From Anaeromyxobacteraceae bacterium (GTDB lineage: Bacteria; Myxococcota; Myxococcia; Myxococcales; Anaeromyxobacteraceae): DNA of 64,000 nucleotides. The stretch is taken from contig JASGHJ010000001.1 in the NCBI GenBank assembly GCA_047602405.1, forward strand, positions 2,208,001 to 2,272,000, given 5' to 3'. Positions 13,047 through 23,217 of this stretch are shown here, piece by piece. The notes below the pieces were generated by a model. That model was not told where the DNA came from, made no database searches, and saw nothing but the letters and a program-made list of their open reading frames with translations. The stretch's first letter is position 1. Each line of letters opens with the position of its first letter. The position numbers and the translations under genes are program-made.

Positions 13047-13342
13047 GCCGGCACCATAGCGCGGGCCCCTCACGCGCGGCGGGGTTCGAGCCGGCTCCCC
13101 CTCACCGCGGCCTCTCCCCCATCCCCCCCCCAGTCCCAGAGGCTCCCCCGTTCCCAGGGTTCGGGCGGGGCCGGCAGGGCCCCCGGAGCGGCTTCAGCGT
13201 CGGCTTCGGCCGTTGTGCTCGCGCAGTTTCGACGAGCCGGCTTGCGCCGCCGCTTTCGACACTGCTTCGCGGTGAAACGAAGGCAGACCGCTCCGGCGCC
13301 GCCGGAGCAGTCGGTGAGTTTCGGAGGTCGGGACGGCCCGCG

Positions 13343-14233
13343 CTAGACGGGCGGGGCGCAGGCGGCGCCGAGCACGGCGCCCATGGCCCAGGTGCCGGGC
13401 GGGAACACGACGTTCCACATGCCCTTGCGGAACAGCTCGAAGGCCTTGCGGTACGCGTCCTGGAACGCCTTCAGCTGCTGCTGCGCCTCGATCCGCTTCC
13501 ACCGGTCGGACGCCGCGATCTTCGGGTTGAGCTTGCTCGGCGGTTCCTTCCCGGCCGGATGCTGCCACCACTGCTGCCGGAGCACCCGCCGCAGCCCCGC
13601 GAACTTGCGCCGCTCGCCGTCCTCGGTGCGCGCCGCCTGCTTCTCGAGCGCCGCGAGCGCGCCCTTCACCGACTCGCGGTACCGCTCCGCCGAGAAGCCC
13701 TTCGGCGGCACGAGCGCGAGCACGGCGCGGTCGGGCATGTTCCCGTCCTTCGAGAAGAACATCTCCGGCCGCTCGTACTCGCGGCCCGTGCCGAGCTCCT
13801 CGAGCGAGGACCAGAGCCCGGGCCAGTGGCTGCCGTGCTCGACGAGGCCGGCCGCGACCGGGTTCGCGAGCGTGTAGGCCGCCTTCGCGATGACGGAGCC
13901 CTCGTCCTCGAGCGAGACCGCGCTGTAGCTCCCGGGGGCCCAGGCCGACTCGAAGCGTTCGTGGAGGGTGTTGAGGAAGAGCGCGAGGTTCATGTTCAGC
14001 TCCTGGGCGAAGCGCGGGAGCTGAGCGAAGGGGTCGGAGAGGATCAGGTGGTAGTGGTTGGAGACGACGCACCAGGCGTGAAGCTCGATCTTGTGGCGCC
14101 GGGCGGCGACGGCGAGGAGGTAGCCGAAGGCGTTGTTGAGCCGCACGGACGGCACCATGAGGAAGAGCCGGTGCAGGCAGCGGCGGGTGAACAGGTAGGT
14201 CTTGCCCGGGAGGATCTGGCGGGGAGCGGTCAT
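13343..14233 (-). mobile_element. REP-associated tyrosine transposase (RAYT-like, HUH/Y1 family) with C-terminal extension
   Basis: YLFTRRC N-terminal motif, HUH SNHYHLIL, catalytic Tyr in AYTLANPVAAGLV, WPGLWSS. No tnpB partner adjacent. Confidence 0.85.
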
Positions 14234-14372
14234 GGCCTCCCCCGCATTCCACGCACCGTGCCGCTCCCAACTCCCTGGATTCCCAGACCCCCGCCACCCG
14301 CACGCCGGCCGTTCCGCGGACCACCGTCCAATCGGCGGACCTCTGGGGAAGGGGGGGAGCTAGAGTGACGGC

Positions 14373-16112
14373 GTGCGGATTCCTTCCCCCCTCCTCGTCG
14401 CGGCGGCGGCGGTCGCGGTGTCGGCGAACGGGCTGCTCGGCGCCCCGGTCCTCGACGACGGCTGGGTGATCTTCCGCAACCCGCTCGTCACCCGCCTCGA
14501 CGTCGCGCGCATCTTCACCGAGCCCTACAACGCGGGCGGGCCGGTGACCACGGGCGGGCTCTTCCGGCCGCTCACGACCCTCACCTACGCGCTCACCTAC
14601 GCGGCGGCGGGCGGGACGACCTGGCCCTACCACCTCCTCAACGTGCTGCTGCACGCGGGGGTGTCGGTCCTGGTCTGGGCGGTCGCGAGGAGGGTCGTGG
14701 AGGGGCTGAAGTACGCGAACGAGGCCGCCCTCCTCGCGGGCCTCCTCTTCGCGGTCCACCCGGTCCACGTCGAGGCCGTCGCGGGCCTCGTCGGCCGCGC
14801 CGAGCTCCTCGCCGCGGCGGGCGTCCTCGGCGCGCTCCTCCTCGCCCTCGACCGCCGCGCCCCCGCCGTCCGCCTCCCCGCCGCGCTCCTCGCGGGCGCC
14901 GCGGGCGTCCTCTCCAAGGAGAACGCCGCGGTCCTCCCCGCCCTCCACCTCCTCGTCGCCGTCGCGACGCCCGCCGCGGCCTCGCTCCCGGCGCGCCCCG
15001 GCCTCGCGCCCGGCGCGCCCCGCCGCGCGCTCCTCCTCGCGTCCGGCACCGCCGCCCTGCTCGCGCTCCCGACGCTCGCGTTCCTGGCGCTCCGCCCCGG
15101 CGCCGGGCTCGCCGCCGGCGTCCCCGAGGCCTCCGCATGGTTCGCCGGTCAGCCCCGCTCCGTCGTCGCGGGCACCATGGCCCGCGCGCTCGTCGAGTAC
15201 CTCAGCCTCCTCGTCTGGCCGCACCCGCTCGGCCTCGACTTCACCTACGCGGCCCGCCTCCCCGGCACGCCCCTGACCGGGGCCCTCGGCGCCGTCGCCC
15301 TCGGCCTCGCCGCGCTCGCGCTCGGCCTCGCGAGCCTCCGCGCGCGCCCGGTCCTCGCCGTCGCTCTCCTCTGGATCCTCGTCGCGCTCGCGCCGGTCTC
15401 GAACGTCCTCCTCCCGACGGGCGTCCTCATGGCCGAGCGGCTCCTCTACCTCCCGTCCGTCGGCGCCTGCCTCGGGCTCGGCGCCGCCGCGGGCTGGGCC
15501 GCGGCGCGCATGTCCGCCACCCCGGCGCGCCAGGCCGTCTGGCTCCTCGCCGGCGTCGCCGTCCTCACCTGGTCCGCCTGGACCGTCGACCGCAACGCCG
15601 ACTGGCGCACGCCGCGCGCGCTCTGGGAGGCCGAGCTCCGGAGCGCGCCCCGCGATCCGGTCGTCAACAACAACCTCGCGGTCGAGCTCAACGGCGCCGG
15701 CGAGCACGCGCGCGCGGCGCGCCTCCTCGGGACCGCGCTCGAGGTCGCGCCCGGCTACTGGCGCGCCCACGTGAACCTCGCCATCGCGCGCCAGCGGAGC
15801 GGCGACCTCGCCGGCGCCGCGCGTGCGTTCGAGGACGCCATCCGGATCGCGCCGACCGAGCCCGAGCCCCGGCTCTTCCTCGGCTACCTGCGCCTCGAGC
15901 GCGGCGAGCTCGACGCGGCCGTCGCCGCCTTCGGCGCCGCGGTCGCCCTCGGCCCGCGGGATCCCCGCATGCGGGTCGGGCTCGGCGACGCGCTCGCCCG
16001 CCAGGGCCGCGCCGCGGAGGCGCGCGCCGCCTACGAGGCGGCCCTCGCGCTCGACGCGCGCAACGGCCCCGCCGCCGCCGGGCTGGCCCGGCTGGGCCAG
16101 CCGCCGGGCTAA
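14373..16112 (+). CDS. TMTC-like (DUF1736) multi-TM glycosyltransferase with C-terminal TPR repeats
   Basis: VLDD, FRPLTTLTY, HLLNVLLH, FAVHPVHVEAVAGLVGRAE, SKE, MAERLLYLPS, then TPRs. Confidence 0.85.
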   Translation: MRIPSPLLVAAAAVAVSANGLLGAPVLDDGWVIFRNPLVTRLDVARIFTEPYNAGGPVTTGGLFRPLTTLTYALTYAAAGGTTWPYHLLNVLLHAGVSVLVWAVARRVVEGLKYANEAALLAGLLFAVHPVHVEAVAGLVGRAELLAAAGVLGALLLALDRRAPAVRLPAALLAGAAGVLSKENAAVLPALHLLVAVATPAAASLPARPGLAPGAPRRALLLASGTAALLALPTLAFLALRPGAGLAAGVPEASAWFAGQPRSVVAGTMARALVEYLSLLVWPHPLGLDFTYAARLPGTPLTGALGAVALGLAALALGLASLRARPVLAVALLWILVALAPVSNVLLPTGVLMAERLLYLPSVGACLGLGAAAGWAAARMSATPARQAVWLLAGVAVLTWSAWTVDRNADWRTPRALWEAELRSAPRDPVVNNNLAVELNGAGEHARAARLLGTALEVAPGYWRAHVNLAIARQRSGDLAGAARAFEDAIRIAPTEPEPRLFLGYLRLERGELDAAVAAFGAAVALGPRDPRMRVGLGDALARQGRAAEARAAYEAALALDARNGPAAAGLARLGQPPG

Positions 16113-16120
16113 GGCAGGGC

Positions 16121-16891
16121 CTACGCCAGCGCCTGCACGAGCACGCAGGTGATGTTGTCGACCCCGCCGCCCTCGTTGGCGGCCTCGATGAGGTTCCGCG
16201 CCGCGAGGCGGAGGTCGCCGTGCGCGCCCTGGATGACCTCGCCCATGCGCGCGTCGGGCACCATGCCGGAGAGCCCGTCGCTGCACAGGAGCACGACGTC
16301 CCCGGGCTGCAGGGTCTCCTTCAGGAGGTCCACCTCGACCGCCGGCTTCATGCCGAGCGCGCGCACGATCACGTTCTTGTGCGGGAACGCCTCGACCTCC
16401 TCCGGCGTGAGCTTCTTCGTGCGGAGGTAGTCGTTGAGGAGCGAGTGGTCCTCGGTCACCTGGCGGATTTGGCCGGCGCGCCACAGGTACATCCGGCTGT
16501 CGCCGACGTGGCCCACGACGAGCGTGCGCCCGTCCTTCTGGAGCGAGCAGGCGACGATGGTCGTGCCCATGCCGCGGAGCTTCGCGTCGGACTGGGCGCG
16601 CTCGTGGATGCGGAGGTTCGCGAGCTTCACGCCGGTGACGAGGCGGTTCTCCTCGTAGCCGAGCTTCGCGTCGAGCTTGAACGGCCAGGTCGCCTCCTCG
16701 TCCCGGCCGGTCAGCTGGAAGAACTCCGCCAGCTCCTCCACGGCGAGCCGCGCGGCGACCTCGCCGGAGGCGTGGCCTCCCATGCCGTCCGCGACGCACC
16801 AGAGGTTCTCCTCCGGCAGGAGCAGGTACGCGTCCTCGTTGTGCGTGCGCTTGCGGCCGACGTCGGTCAGGCCAGCGTGGGTGAGACGCAT
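16121..16891 (-). CDS. PP2C-type Ser/Thr protein phosphatase (Stp1/IreP family)
   Basis: NED, VADGMGGH, MGTT, HVGDSR, LCSDGL, GGVDNIT. Confidence 0.93.
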   Translation of the reverse strand: MRLTHAGLTDVGRKRTHNEDAYLLLPEENLWCVADGMGGHASGEVAARLAVEELAEFFQLTGRDEEATWPFKLDAKLGYEENRLVTGVKLANLRIHERAQSDAKLRGMGTTIVACSLQKDGRTLVVGHVGDSRMYLWRAGQIRQVTEDHSLLNDYLRTKKLTPEEVEAFPHKNVIVRALGMKPAVEVDLLKETLQPGDVVLLCSDGLSGMVPDARMGEVIQGAHGDLRLAARNLIEAANEGGGVDNITCVLVQALA

Positions 16892-16918
16892 GGTGGGGGT
16901 CGAGCCTACCACGGGCGC

Positions 16919-17860
16919 TCAGGGGAGCACGATCCGGACCGCGGGCCCCGTCCGGACCCGTACGCTCCGGCGCGCCGCGTAGAGGTCGCCGTCGACGGTG
17001 AAGCGGATGGGCTCCCCCTCGATGAGGACGTCCCGGGCCACCTCGTCGACCGCCAGCCTGCGCCGCCAGGGGCGCCCCCGCCGGAGCCCGGGGAGGGCCA
17101 GGGTCAGCCTCCGGAGCCCCCCGAAGATCCCCACCGCGTGGAAGAACCCCGGCTGCTCGTCGCAGCGGGCGAAGGCCCGCACGCCGAAGCCGATCTCGGG
17201 GGTCGAGCCGCACAGGAAGGTGAAGTAGCTCTCGTCGGGCCAGACCTCGCCGTCGGACGTCACGACGAGCTGCTGCTTCGCCCCGAGCGCCCGCGCGAAC
17301 CGGCCGCCCGTGAAGGCGGACCCCACGGCCCGGGCGACGAGCCAGGCGCCGCGCGAGGGCGACGGGTGCCCCGAGGCCTCGTACGCCTCGAGGAACGTCA
17401 CCACGCCGCCGGTCCCGAAGATGAAGCCGTAGGTGGGGGCGTCGCCGTCCGGCGCGATCTCGAGGAGATCCCGGTCCACCGTGCGGAGCGGGAGCCCCGC
17501 GGCGCGCCGGGCGAGGACCCGCTCGAGCAGCCGCTCGGGGGTCCCGGTCACGCGGTGGCCGCGCGCGACCGTGTTCATGGCTCCGCAGCGGAGCGGCAGC
17601 AGCGCGGGGAGGGGCGCCGCGCCGTACGCGCGGGTGAACGCGGTGAGGACGACGTGGGTGGTGCCGTCGCCCCCGGCGACCCCGAGGACGTCGATCCCGG
17701 CGGCGCGGAAGCGCTCGACCGCGTCGGCGAGCTCGTCCGGCGTCCCGGCCTCGCGCAGCTCCCCCGCGTCACCGAGCACGGCCCTCAGGCGCCGCCCGGT
17801 CTCGGGCGCGCGGCGGTTGCGCAACGAGCGCGGGTTCATCACGATGCCGATCCCGCCCAT
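16919..17860 (-). CDS. Diacylglycerol/sphingosine kinase family protein
   Basis: IVMNPRS, VAGGDGT, GAMNTVA, FTVDGD. Confidence 0.85.
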   Translation of the reverse strand: MGGIGIVMNPRSLRNRRAPETGRRLRAVLGDAGELREAGTPDELADAVERFRAAGIDVLGVAGGDGTTHVVLTAFTRAYGAAPLPALLPLRCGAMNTVARGHRVTGTPERLLERVLARRAAGLPLRTVDRDLLEIAPDGDAPTYGFIFGTGGVVTFLEAYEASGHPSPSRGAWLVARAVGSAFTGGRFARALGAKQQLVVTSDGEVWPDESYFTFLCGSTPEIGFGVRAFARCDEQPGFFHAVGIFGGLRRLTLALPGLRRGRPWRRRLAVDEVARDVLIEGEPIRFTVDGDLYAARRSVRVRTGPAVRIVLP

Positions 17861-18350
17861 GCCGACGACGCTCCCCCTCGATCCGCCGTTCGAACTCGTC
17901 CTCGTCTCGCCCCAGATCCCGCCCAACACCGGCAACGTCGCCCGCACCTGCGCCGTCACCGGCACCCGGCTCCACCTCGTCGGCCCGCTGGGCTTCCGCC
18001 TCGACGAGAAGGAGCTGCGGCGCGCGGGGCTCGACTACTGGAAGGACGTCTCGCCCCGGGTGTGGCCCGGCTGGCCGGAGTTTGAGGCCGGGGCGCTCCG
18101 CGGTCAAACGGAGAGGCTCCACCTCTTCACGGCCCGCGCGGAGCGGACGATCCTCGACGCCACCTTCGCTCCGGGTGACTTCCTCGTGTTCGGGCAGGAG
18201 CAGCTCGGGCTCCCCCCGGCCCTCCTCGACGCCTACCCGGCGCGCGCCCTGAGCATCCCGATGACCCCGGGGCAGCGCAGCCTCAACCTGGCCGTCGCGG
18301 CCGGGGTCGGGCTGTACGCGGCCGTGGCGGCGGCGAATCGCGCCCGGTGA
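17859..18350 (+). CDS. trmL: tRNA (cytidine/uridine 34-2'-O)-methyltransferase
   Basis: PQIPPNTGNVARTC, LRRAGLDYW, LVFGQE, RSLNLA (SPOUT). Confidence 0.92.
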   Translation: MPTTLPLDPPFELVLVSPQIPPNTGNVARTCAVTGTRLHLVGPLGFRLDEKELRRAGLDYWKDVSPRVWPGWPEFEAGALRGQTERLHLFTARAERTILDATFAPGDFLVFGQEQLGLPPALLDAYPARALSIPMTPGQRSLNLAVAAGVGLYAAVAAANRAR

Positions 18351-18375
18351 CGCTCCGTACTAAGATGACCGCCGC

Positions 18376-20038
18376 ATGGGCCTCCTCACCGACGCCGGCG
18401 AGCTCGCCCGGACCCCCCTCGCGGCGATCCTCCTCGAGGCGCTGAACGTCCGGGCCACCGGGGTCCTCGGAGATCACGCACGGCGGCGGCACCTCGCGCA
18501 TCTGGTTCCGCGAGGGCCGGCCGGTCGGCGCCGCCGTCTTCCAGGGCTTCCGGCCGCTCGGGCAGCTCCTCCTCGAGGCCGGGCTCATCGACATCGACGC
18601 GCTGTCCCGCTCGCTCGCCGGGATGGCCGAGTCCAGGCGGCCCCAGGGCGAGATCCTCGTCGAGATGGGCGCCTGCTCCCGCGCGGCCGTGGACGGCATG
18701 CTCGAGAAGCAGCAGGCGAGCTACTTCGACGCCATCGCCTCGCTCGACACGGGCACCTACGCCTTCCTCGCCGACGCGCCGGTCCCGGAGTGGACCCGGA
18801 GCTCCCGGCTCTCGCCGCTCCGGACCATCGTCGACGCGCTCGAGAAGCCGCAGGCGGCGGGCCTCGTCGCCTCCGCGCTCGAGGCGGTGGCGAGGGGCGG
18901 CGTGCGGCTCGCGACCGGCTACCCGGAGGTCGCCGACGGCTTCCGCTGGACCGCCGCCGAGCGCGACTGGGTGCGCCGCCTCGAGGTGCCGCTCACCCGG
19001 GACGAGGCGCTCGCGCCCTCCACGGTGCCCGACGCCCGCGCCCGGGTCATGCTCGCCGGCCTGCTCCTGCTCGGGCTCGCCGTCTCCGCCGCCGAGCAGC
19101 CGGTGCGGACCGGCGAGACCGTGGTGGGCCTGAAGGACATCGCCCTCGAGGAGCCCGAGGTGCCGGTCAACCCCGGCAAGCGCTCGGATCCGGTGGAGGC
19201 GCGGGCCCGCCGCCAGCGCCTCCTGCAGCAGGCGATGCGCAACATGGGCGTCGGCCCGTTCGCCCGGGCGGCGCCCCCGGCGCCGGGGCAGGCCCCGGCT
19301 CCGACCTCGACCCCCGCGCCGGTCGCGGCGGGCGGCGCGCGGCCCGCGCCGAGGGTCACCCCCGGCTCGCCCGAGGCGGAGCTCCGCAAGGCGCTCCTCG
19401 AGATCGCGCCGCGCGCGAAGGAGCGCGACCTCTTCGTGCGGCTCGGCCTCACCGACCGGGCCACCCGCGACGACGTGAAGAAGGCGTTCCTCGGCCTCGC
19501 GAAGCAGTTCCACCCCGACCGCTTCTCCGCACCGGCGCTCGCCGACCTCGGCGAGACGGTGAAGGACTTCTTCACCGCGGTGAACGAGGCCTACGAGACG
19601 CTCTCCGACGACCGGCGGCGCGCCGAGTACCTCGCCCACGCGAAGTCGGGCTCCCGGGCGGCGGCCTCCGAGGCGGCCCGCATCGACTTCCAGAAGGGGG
19701 AGGCGTGCCTGCGGACCCGGGACTGGATGCGCGCCCGCGGATTCTTCGAGGCCGCGGTGCGGCAGGACCCGCGCGCCGAGCACCTCGCCGCCCTCGCCTA
19801 CGTCTACGTCGCGAACCCGACCTCGAAGGATCGCGAGAAGGCGCGCCTCCTCCTCGACGAGGCGGTGCGCGACGCCACCTGCGACCGCGCCTTCTACGTC
19901 GCCGGTATCCTCGCCCGCGACGAGAAGGACGAGGCGAAGGCCGAGAAGATGTTCAAGCAGGCCATCCAGATCAACGGCCGGAACGCCGACGCGCTCCGCG
20001 AGCTCCGGCTCATCGAGGGGCGCAAGGGCGCGCGCTGA
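18376..20038 (+). pseudogene. DUF4388-like + DnaJ J-domain + TPR protein with apparent +1 frameshift near 18469 (possibly a sequencing error)
   Basis: MGLLTDAGELARTPLAAILL..ATGVL joins EITHGGGTSRIWFREGRPV if one G of CTCGGAGATC is removed. J-domain LAKQFHPDRF..VNEAYETLSD. Confidence 0.8.
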
Positions 20039-20040
20039 CC

Positions 20041-20913
20041 GTGCCGCGCCGCACCGCTCGCCCGCCCGCGCCGCCGCCTCGCGTCCGGGCCCTCGCCGCC
20101 CTCGCGATCGTCGCCACCCTCGTGCCGGTGGGCGCCGCCCGCGCGTGGGGCCCCGACGGCCACGTCGTCGTGACCGCAGTGGCGGAGGCGCGGCTCTCGC
20201 CCGAGGCCCGCGCGCTCGTCGCCGAGGCCGCCGGCGGCGCCGCGCTCTCCGACCCCGACCTCGCCACCTGGGCCGACCGGAACCGCGACCGCGCCACCGC
20301 CCGCTGGCACTACGTGAACATCCCGTTCGGCTCGACCTACGACCCCGCCCGCGACTGCCCGCGCGGCGACTGCGCGGTCGCCGCCATCGGGCGGGCCCGG
20401 GAGGCGCTCGCGGGCGCGCGCGACCCCGCGGCCCGCCTCGAGGCCCTGCGCTGGCTCGTGCACCTCGTCGCCGACCTCCACCAGCCGGTGCACGCGGGCG
20501 ACGGCTTCGACCGCGGCGGCAACGAGCTCCGCGTCCGGGTGGGCAACCGGCGGGAGCCGACGAACCTGCACAAGGTGCTCGACGGCGAGACGGTGAAGGC
20601 GGTGCTGCGCGGGCGCCCCGCCCGCGAGGTCGGCCGCGCGCTCGCGGCCCGCCTCGACCCGGCGCAGGCGCGGGCCTGGGCGGCCGAGCTCGATCCGGCC
20701 GCCTGGGCGAACGCGTCGAGCAGAGAGGCCCAGGACATCTACCGCGACCTCGGGCTCACGCCCCGGACCCGCGCGATCGTGGCGCTCCCGCGCGGCTGGA
20801 CCGACGCGTGGCGCGCGCGCACGGAGGCGGCCCTCCTCGCGGCGGGCGTGCGGCTCGCCGCCCTGCTCGACGCCGCCGCGCGCGAGTCCGCGGCCCGCCC
20901 CGTCACTCGATGA
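20041..20913 (+). CDS. Secreted S1/P1 nuclease
   Basis: Signal peptide ending ARA-WGPDGH, WAD, WHYVNIP, HLVADLHQPVH, NLH. Confidence 0.9.
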   Translation: MPRRTARPPAPPPRVRALAALAIVATLVPVGAARAWGPDGHVVVTAVAEARLSPEARALVAEAAGGAALSDPDLATWADRNRDRATARWHYVNIPFGSTYDPARDCPRGDCAVAAIGRAREALAGARDPAARLEALRWLVHLVADLHQPVHAGDGFDRGGNELRVRVGNRREPTNLHKVLDGETVKAVLRGRPAREVGRALAARLDPAQARAWAAELDPAAWANASSREAQDIYRDLGLTPRTRAIVALPRGWTDAWRARTEAALLAAGVRLAALLDAAARESAARPVTR

Positions 20914-23134
20914 CGAGGATGCGGCCGGGCCGCTGCATCGTCACGTAGAGCTTCTCGCCCGAGGGGTCGAACGCGGCCCCCGTGACCTGGCCGATCACCG
21001 GGACGGTCGCGACCCGCGGCATGCCCGCGTCGGGATCGGCCGACCAGATCACGACCGAGGTGTTCTCGCTGAAGGGCTGGCTCTCCCAGGAGACGAACGT
21101 GCGGCCGTTGGGCGACACGGCGAGGATCTGGTTGAGGTAGTCGCCGAGCGGGATGTCCTGCACCTGGGTCAGCCCGTCGTCGAGCTCGACCGCGTGGTCC
21201 TGGTCGCCGTCCCAGTAGAACGCCCAGAGCGTGCCGCCGAGCACCGCCGCGCCGTCGAGGGCGCCCGGCGCGGACCAGGTGGCGGTCGGCGCGCCGGCCT
21301 TCGCCGCGAGCTCCGTCCAGCGCAGGACGCTCGCGGCCGCCGGCTGGTTCACCGCCGCCCAGACCCCGCCCGCGGGGTGGAGCCCCATGCTGCGGAAGAG
21401 CGCCCCGGGGAGCGCGGTGAGGTGGGTGGCGCCGCCCGACACGATGGTGACGAGGCCGTCTCCGGTCCCGGCGTAGTAGTCGGTCGGCCCGTCCTGCCCG
21501 AGCTGGACGAAGCTCGTGAGGTCGAACTTGCCGAGCCCCTTCTCGCGCAGGGCGAGGTAGCCGCCCTGGATGCCGGGCACGATCCCGATGGCGTCCGGGA
21601 CGTCGAGGTAGAGGGGGTAGAAGGAGACGAGGCTGCTCTTCGCCTCGAGCGGCACCTCGAGGAGCCCGTAGGGGAAGTAGGTCACGAGCAGGAGGGCGGG
21701 GACCGGCTGGTCGACGCCGTAGACGTCCTGGAGGTTCGTGAACCAGGCGCCGGTGTCGGTCCACATGACGCCCTGCACGCCGAAGCCGTCGTCGCGGCCC
21801 GGCAGCGCGTCGAACGAGCGCCGCGAGAGGAGCTTCCCGTCGGAGAGGCTGCGCAGCTCGACGAGGTCGTCGGCGTCGCCGGCGACGTGGACGATCCCGT
21901 CCTCGACCGCCATGCGCGCCGCACGCGGCACCGAGGCGGCCCAGTTGATGGCGCCGGTCACGACGTCGACCGACACCAGCAGATCGTCGGCCGTCTTCGC
22001 GACGAGGACGGTCGAGCCACCGGCGCAGGTCAGGCTCTGCGCGGGCGTCGCGGAGCCGGTCGAGATCGAGGCCTCGCCGAGCGCGCCGCCCGTGTCGAGG
22101 TCGGACACGAGGAGCCGGCCGTCCGCCCGGCCCACCACCGCCACGTGGTGGCCGGCCGCGCCGATCGCGACGCAGATCGGGTCGTCCTCCTCGAGGTCGA
22201 AGTCGTTGTGGTGGAGGGCGCCGGTCGCGGGCACGAGCGTCGTGACGGTGGCCCCGTTGACGAGGGCGAGCTTCCCGGGCTCGCCGGCGAGCCCGTCGTG
22301 GTAGACGCAGGCGAGGCGGTTGCCCGTCGCGTCGTCGCAGCCGTGCGGCACGGCGACCGTGGGGAGGTTGTTCCCGCCGACGAGGGCGAGCGTGGTCGCG
22401 TCGTGGAGCGTGACCGACGACTGCGCGGTGTCCGTCGACCGCCGCACGACCGCCACCCGGTTCGTCGAGGGCATCGCCACGAGGTGCACCGGCTGGCCGC
22501 TCGCGATGGCGCCCGCCGTGTAGGTCTCGGCGTCGGTGGCGAGGTCCACGCGCGTGAGCCGGTACCCGGTCGGCGTGCCCGAGTCCTCGTAGAACACCAC
22601 GGTGTCGCTCGCCGGGAAGCCGACCGCGGACTGCTCCGTCGACCGGACCCAGTCCGGCCGGCCGTAGCGAAGGAGTCCGACCACGAGGTCGGAGTCCACG
22701 AGCGTCTCCCCGTGCGAGGCGATCACCCGGTACGGCTTGTGGAGGAGCGGGATCTCGTAGGCGGCCTGCCGCGTGCGGAGCTCGCCGAGGCCGAGGTAGC
22801 CGAACGGGCCGGCGGGGGTCGAGGTGCCGCGCGAGGTCGCGACCGTGAACTTGCCCGTGCCGGCGTCGGCGGGGACGTGGAGGAGGAGCCCGCCCGAGGT
22901 CGAGAAGCCCTCGCCGCGCGCCGAGGTCGACGCGAACTGCACGAGGTTGCCCGTCGGATCCTGCGCGAACCCGGCGCCCGCGATCTCGACCACCTCGCCG
23001 GCGTACGCGGAGGCCGGGGTGATGGAGGTGAGCGTCGGCCCGCCGGCCTCGGCCGGGAGGTCGAGGTCCCGGGAGCACCCGGCGATGGCGAGGAGCGCCA
23101 GGGCCATGGCGACCCGGGGGAGGTGATGGGCCAT
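20903..23134 (-). CDS. Lipoprotein with IPT/TIG domain and probable beta-propeller
   Basis: Lipobox IAG-C, PTLTSITPASAYAGEVVEIAGAGF (IPT), propeller-like AVSPNGR and AFDPSGEKLYV. Confidence 0.75.
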   Translation of the reverse strand: MAHHLPRVAMALALLAIAGCSRDLDLPAEAGGPTLTSITPASAYAGEVVEIAGAGFAQDPTGNLVQFASTSARGEGFSTSGGLLLHVPADAGTGKFTVATSRGTSTPAGPFGYLGLGELRTRQAAYEIPLLHKPYRVIASHGETLVDSDLVVGLLRYGRPDWVRSTEQSAVGFPASDTVVFYEDSGTPTGYRLTRVDLATDAETYTAGAIASGQPVHLVAMPSTNRVAVVRRSTDTAQSSVTLHDATTLALVGGNNLPTVAVPHGCDDATGNRLACVYHDGLAGEPGKLALVNGATVTTLVPATGALHHNDFDLEEDDPICVAIGAAGHHVAVVGRADGRLLVSDLDTGGALGEASISTGSATPAQSLTCAGGSTVLVAKTADDLLVSVDVVTGAINWAASVPRAARMAVEDGIVHVAGDADDLVELRSLSDGKLLSRRSFDALPGRDDGFGVQGVMWTDTGAWFTNLQDVYGVDQPVPALLLVTYFPYGLLEVPLEAKSSLVSFYPLYLDVPDAIGIVPGIQGGYLALREKGLGKFDLTSFVQLGQDGPTDYYAGTGDGLVTIVSGGATHLTALPGALFRSMGLHPAGGVWAAVNQPAAASVLRWTELAAKAGAPTATWSAPGALDGAAVLGGTLWAFYWDGDQDHAVELDDGLTQVQDIPLGDYLNQILAVSPNGRTFVSWESQPFSENTSVVIWSADPDAGMPRVATVPVIGQVTGAAFDPSGEKLYVTMQRPGRILVIE

Positions 23135-23217
23135 CCGGCGAGCATACAGGAGCCCCCCCGGCCGGGCGCACGCGCCCGGTGGGTCTGCCGGCCTGCCGGG
23201 CGCTCGCCGCGAACGAC

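Noticed and set aside
14244..14266. Sigma54-like promoter upstream of the transposase (CGGCACGGTGCGTGG on the minus strand)
   Set aside because: The -12 element reads GG instead of the conserved GC.
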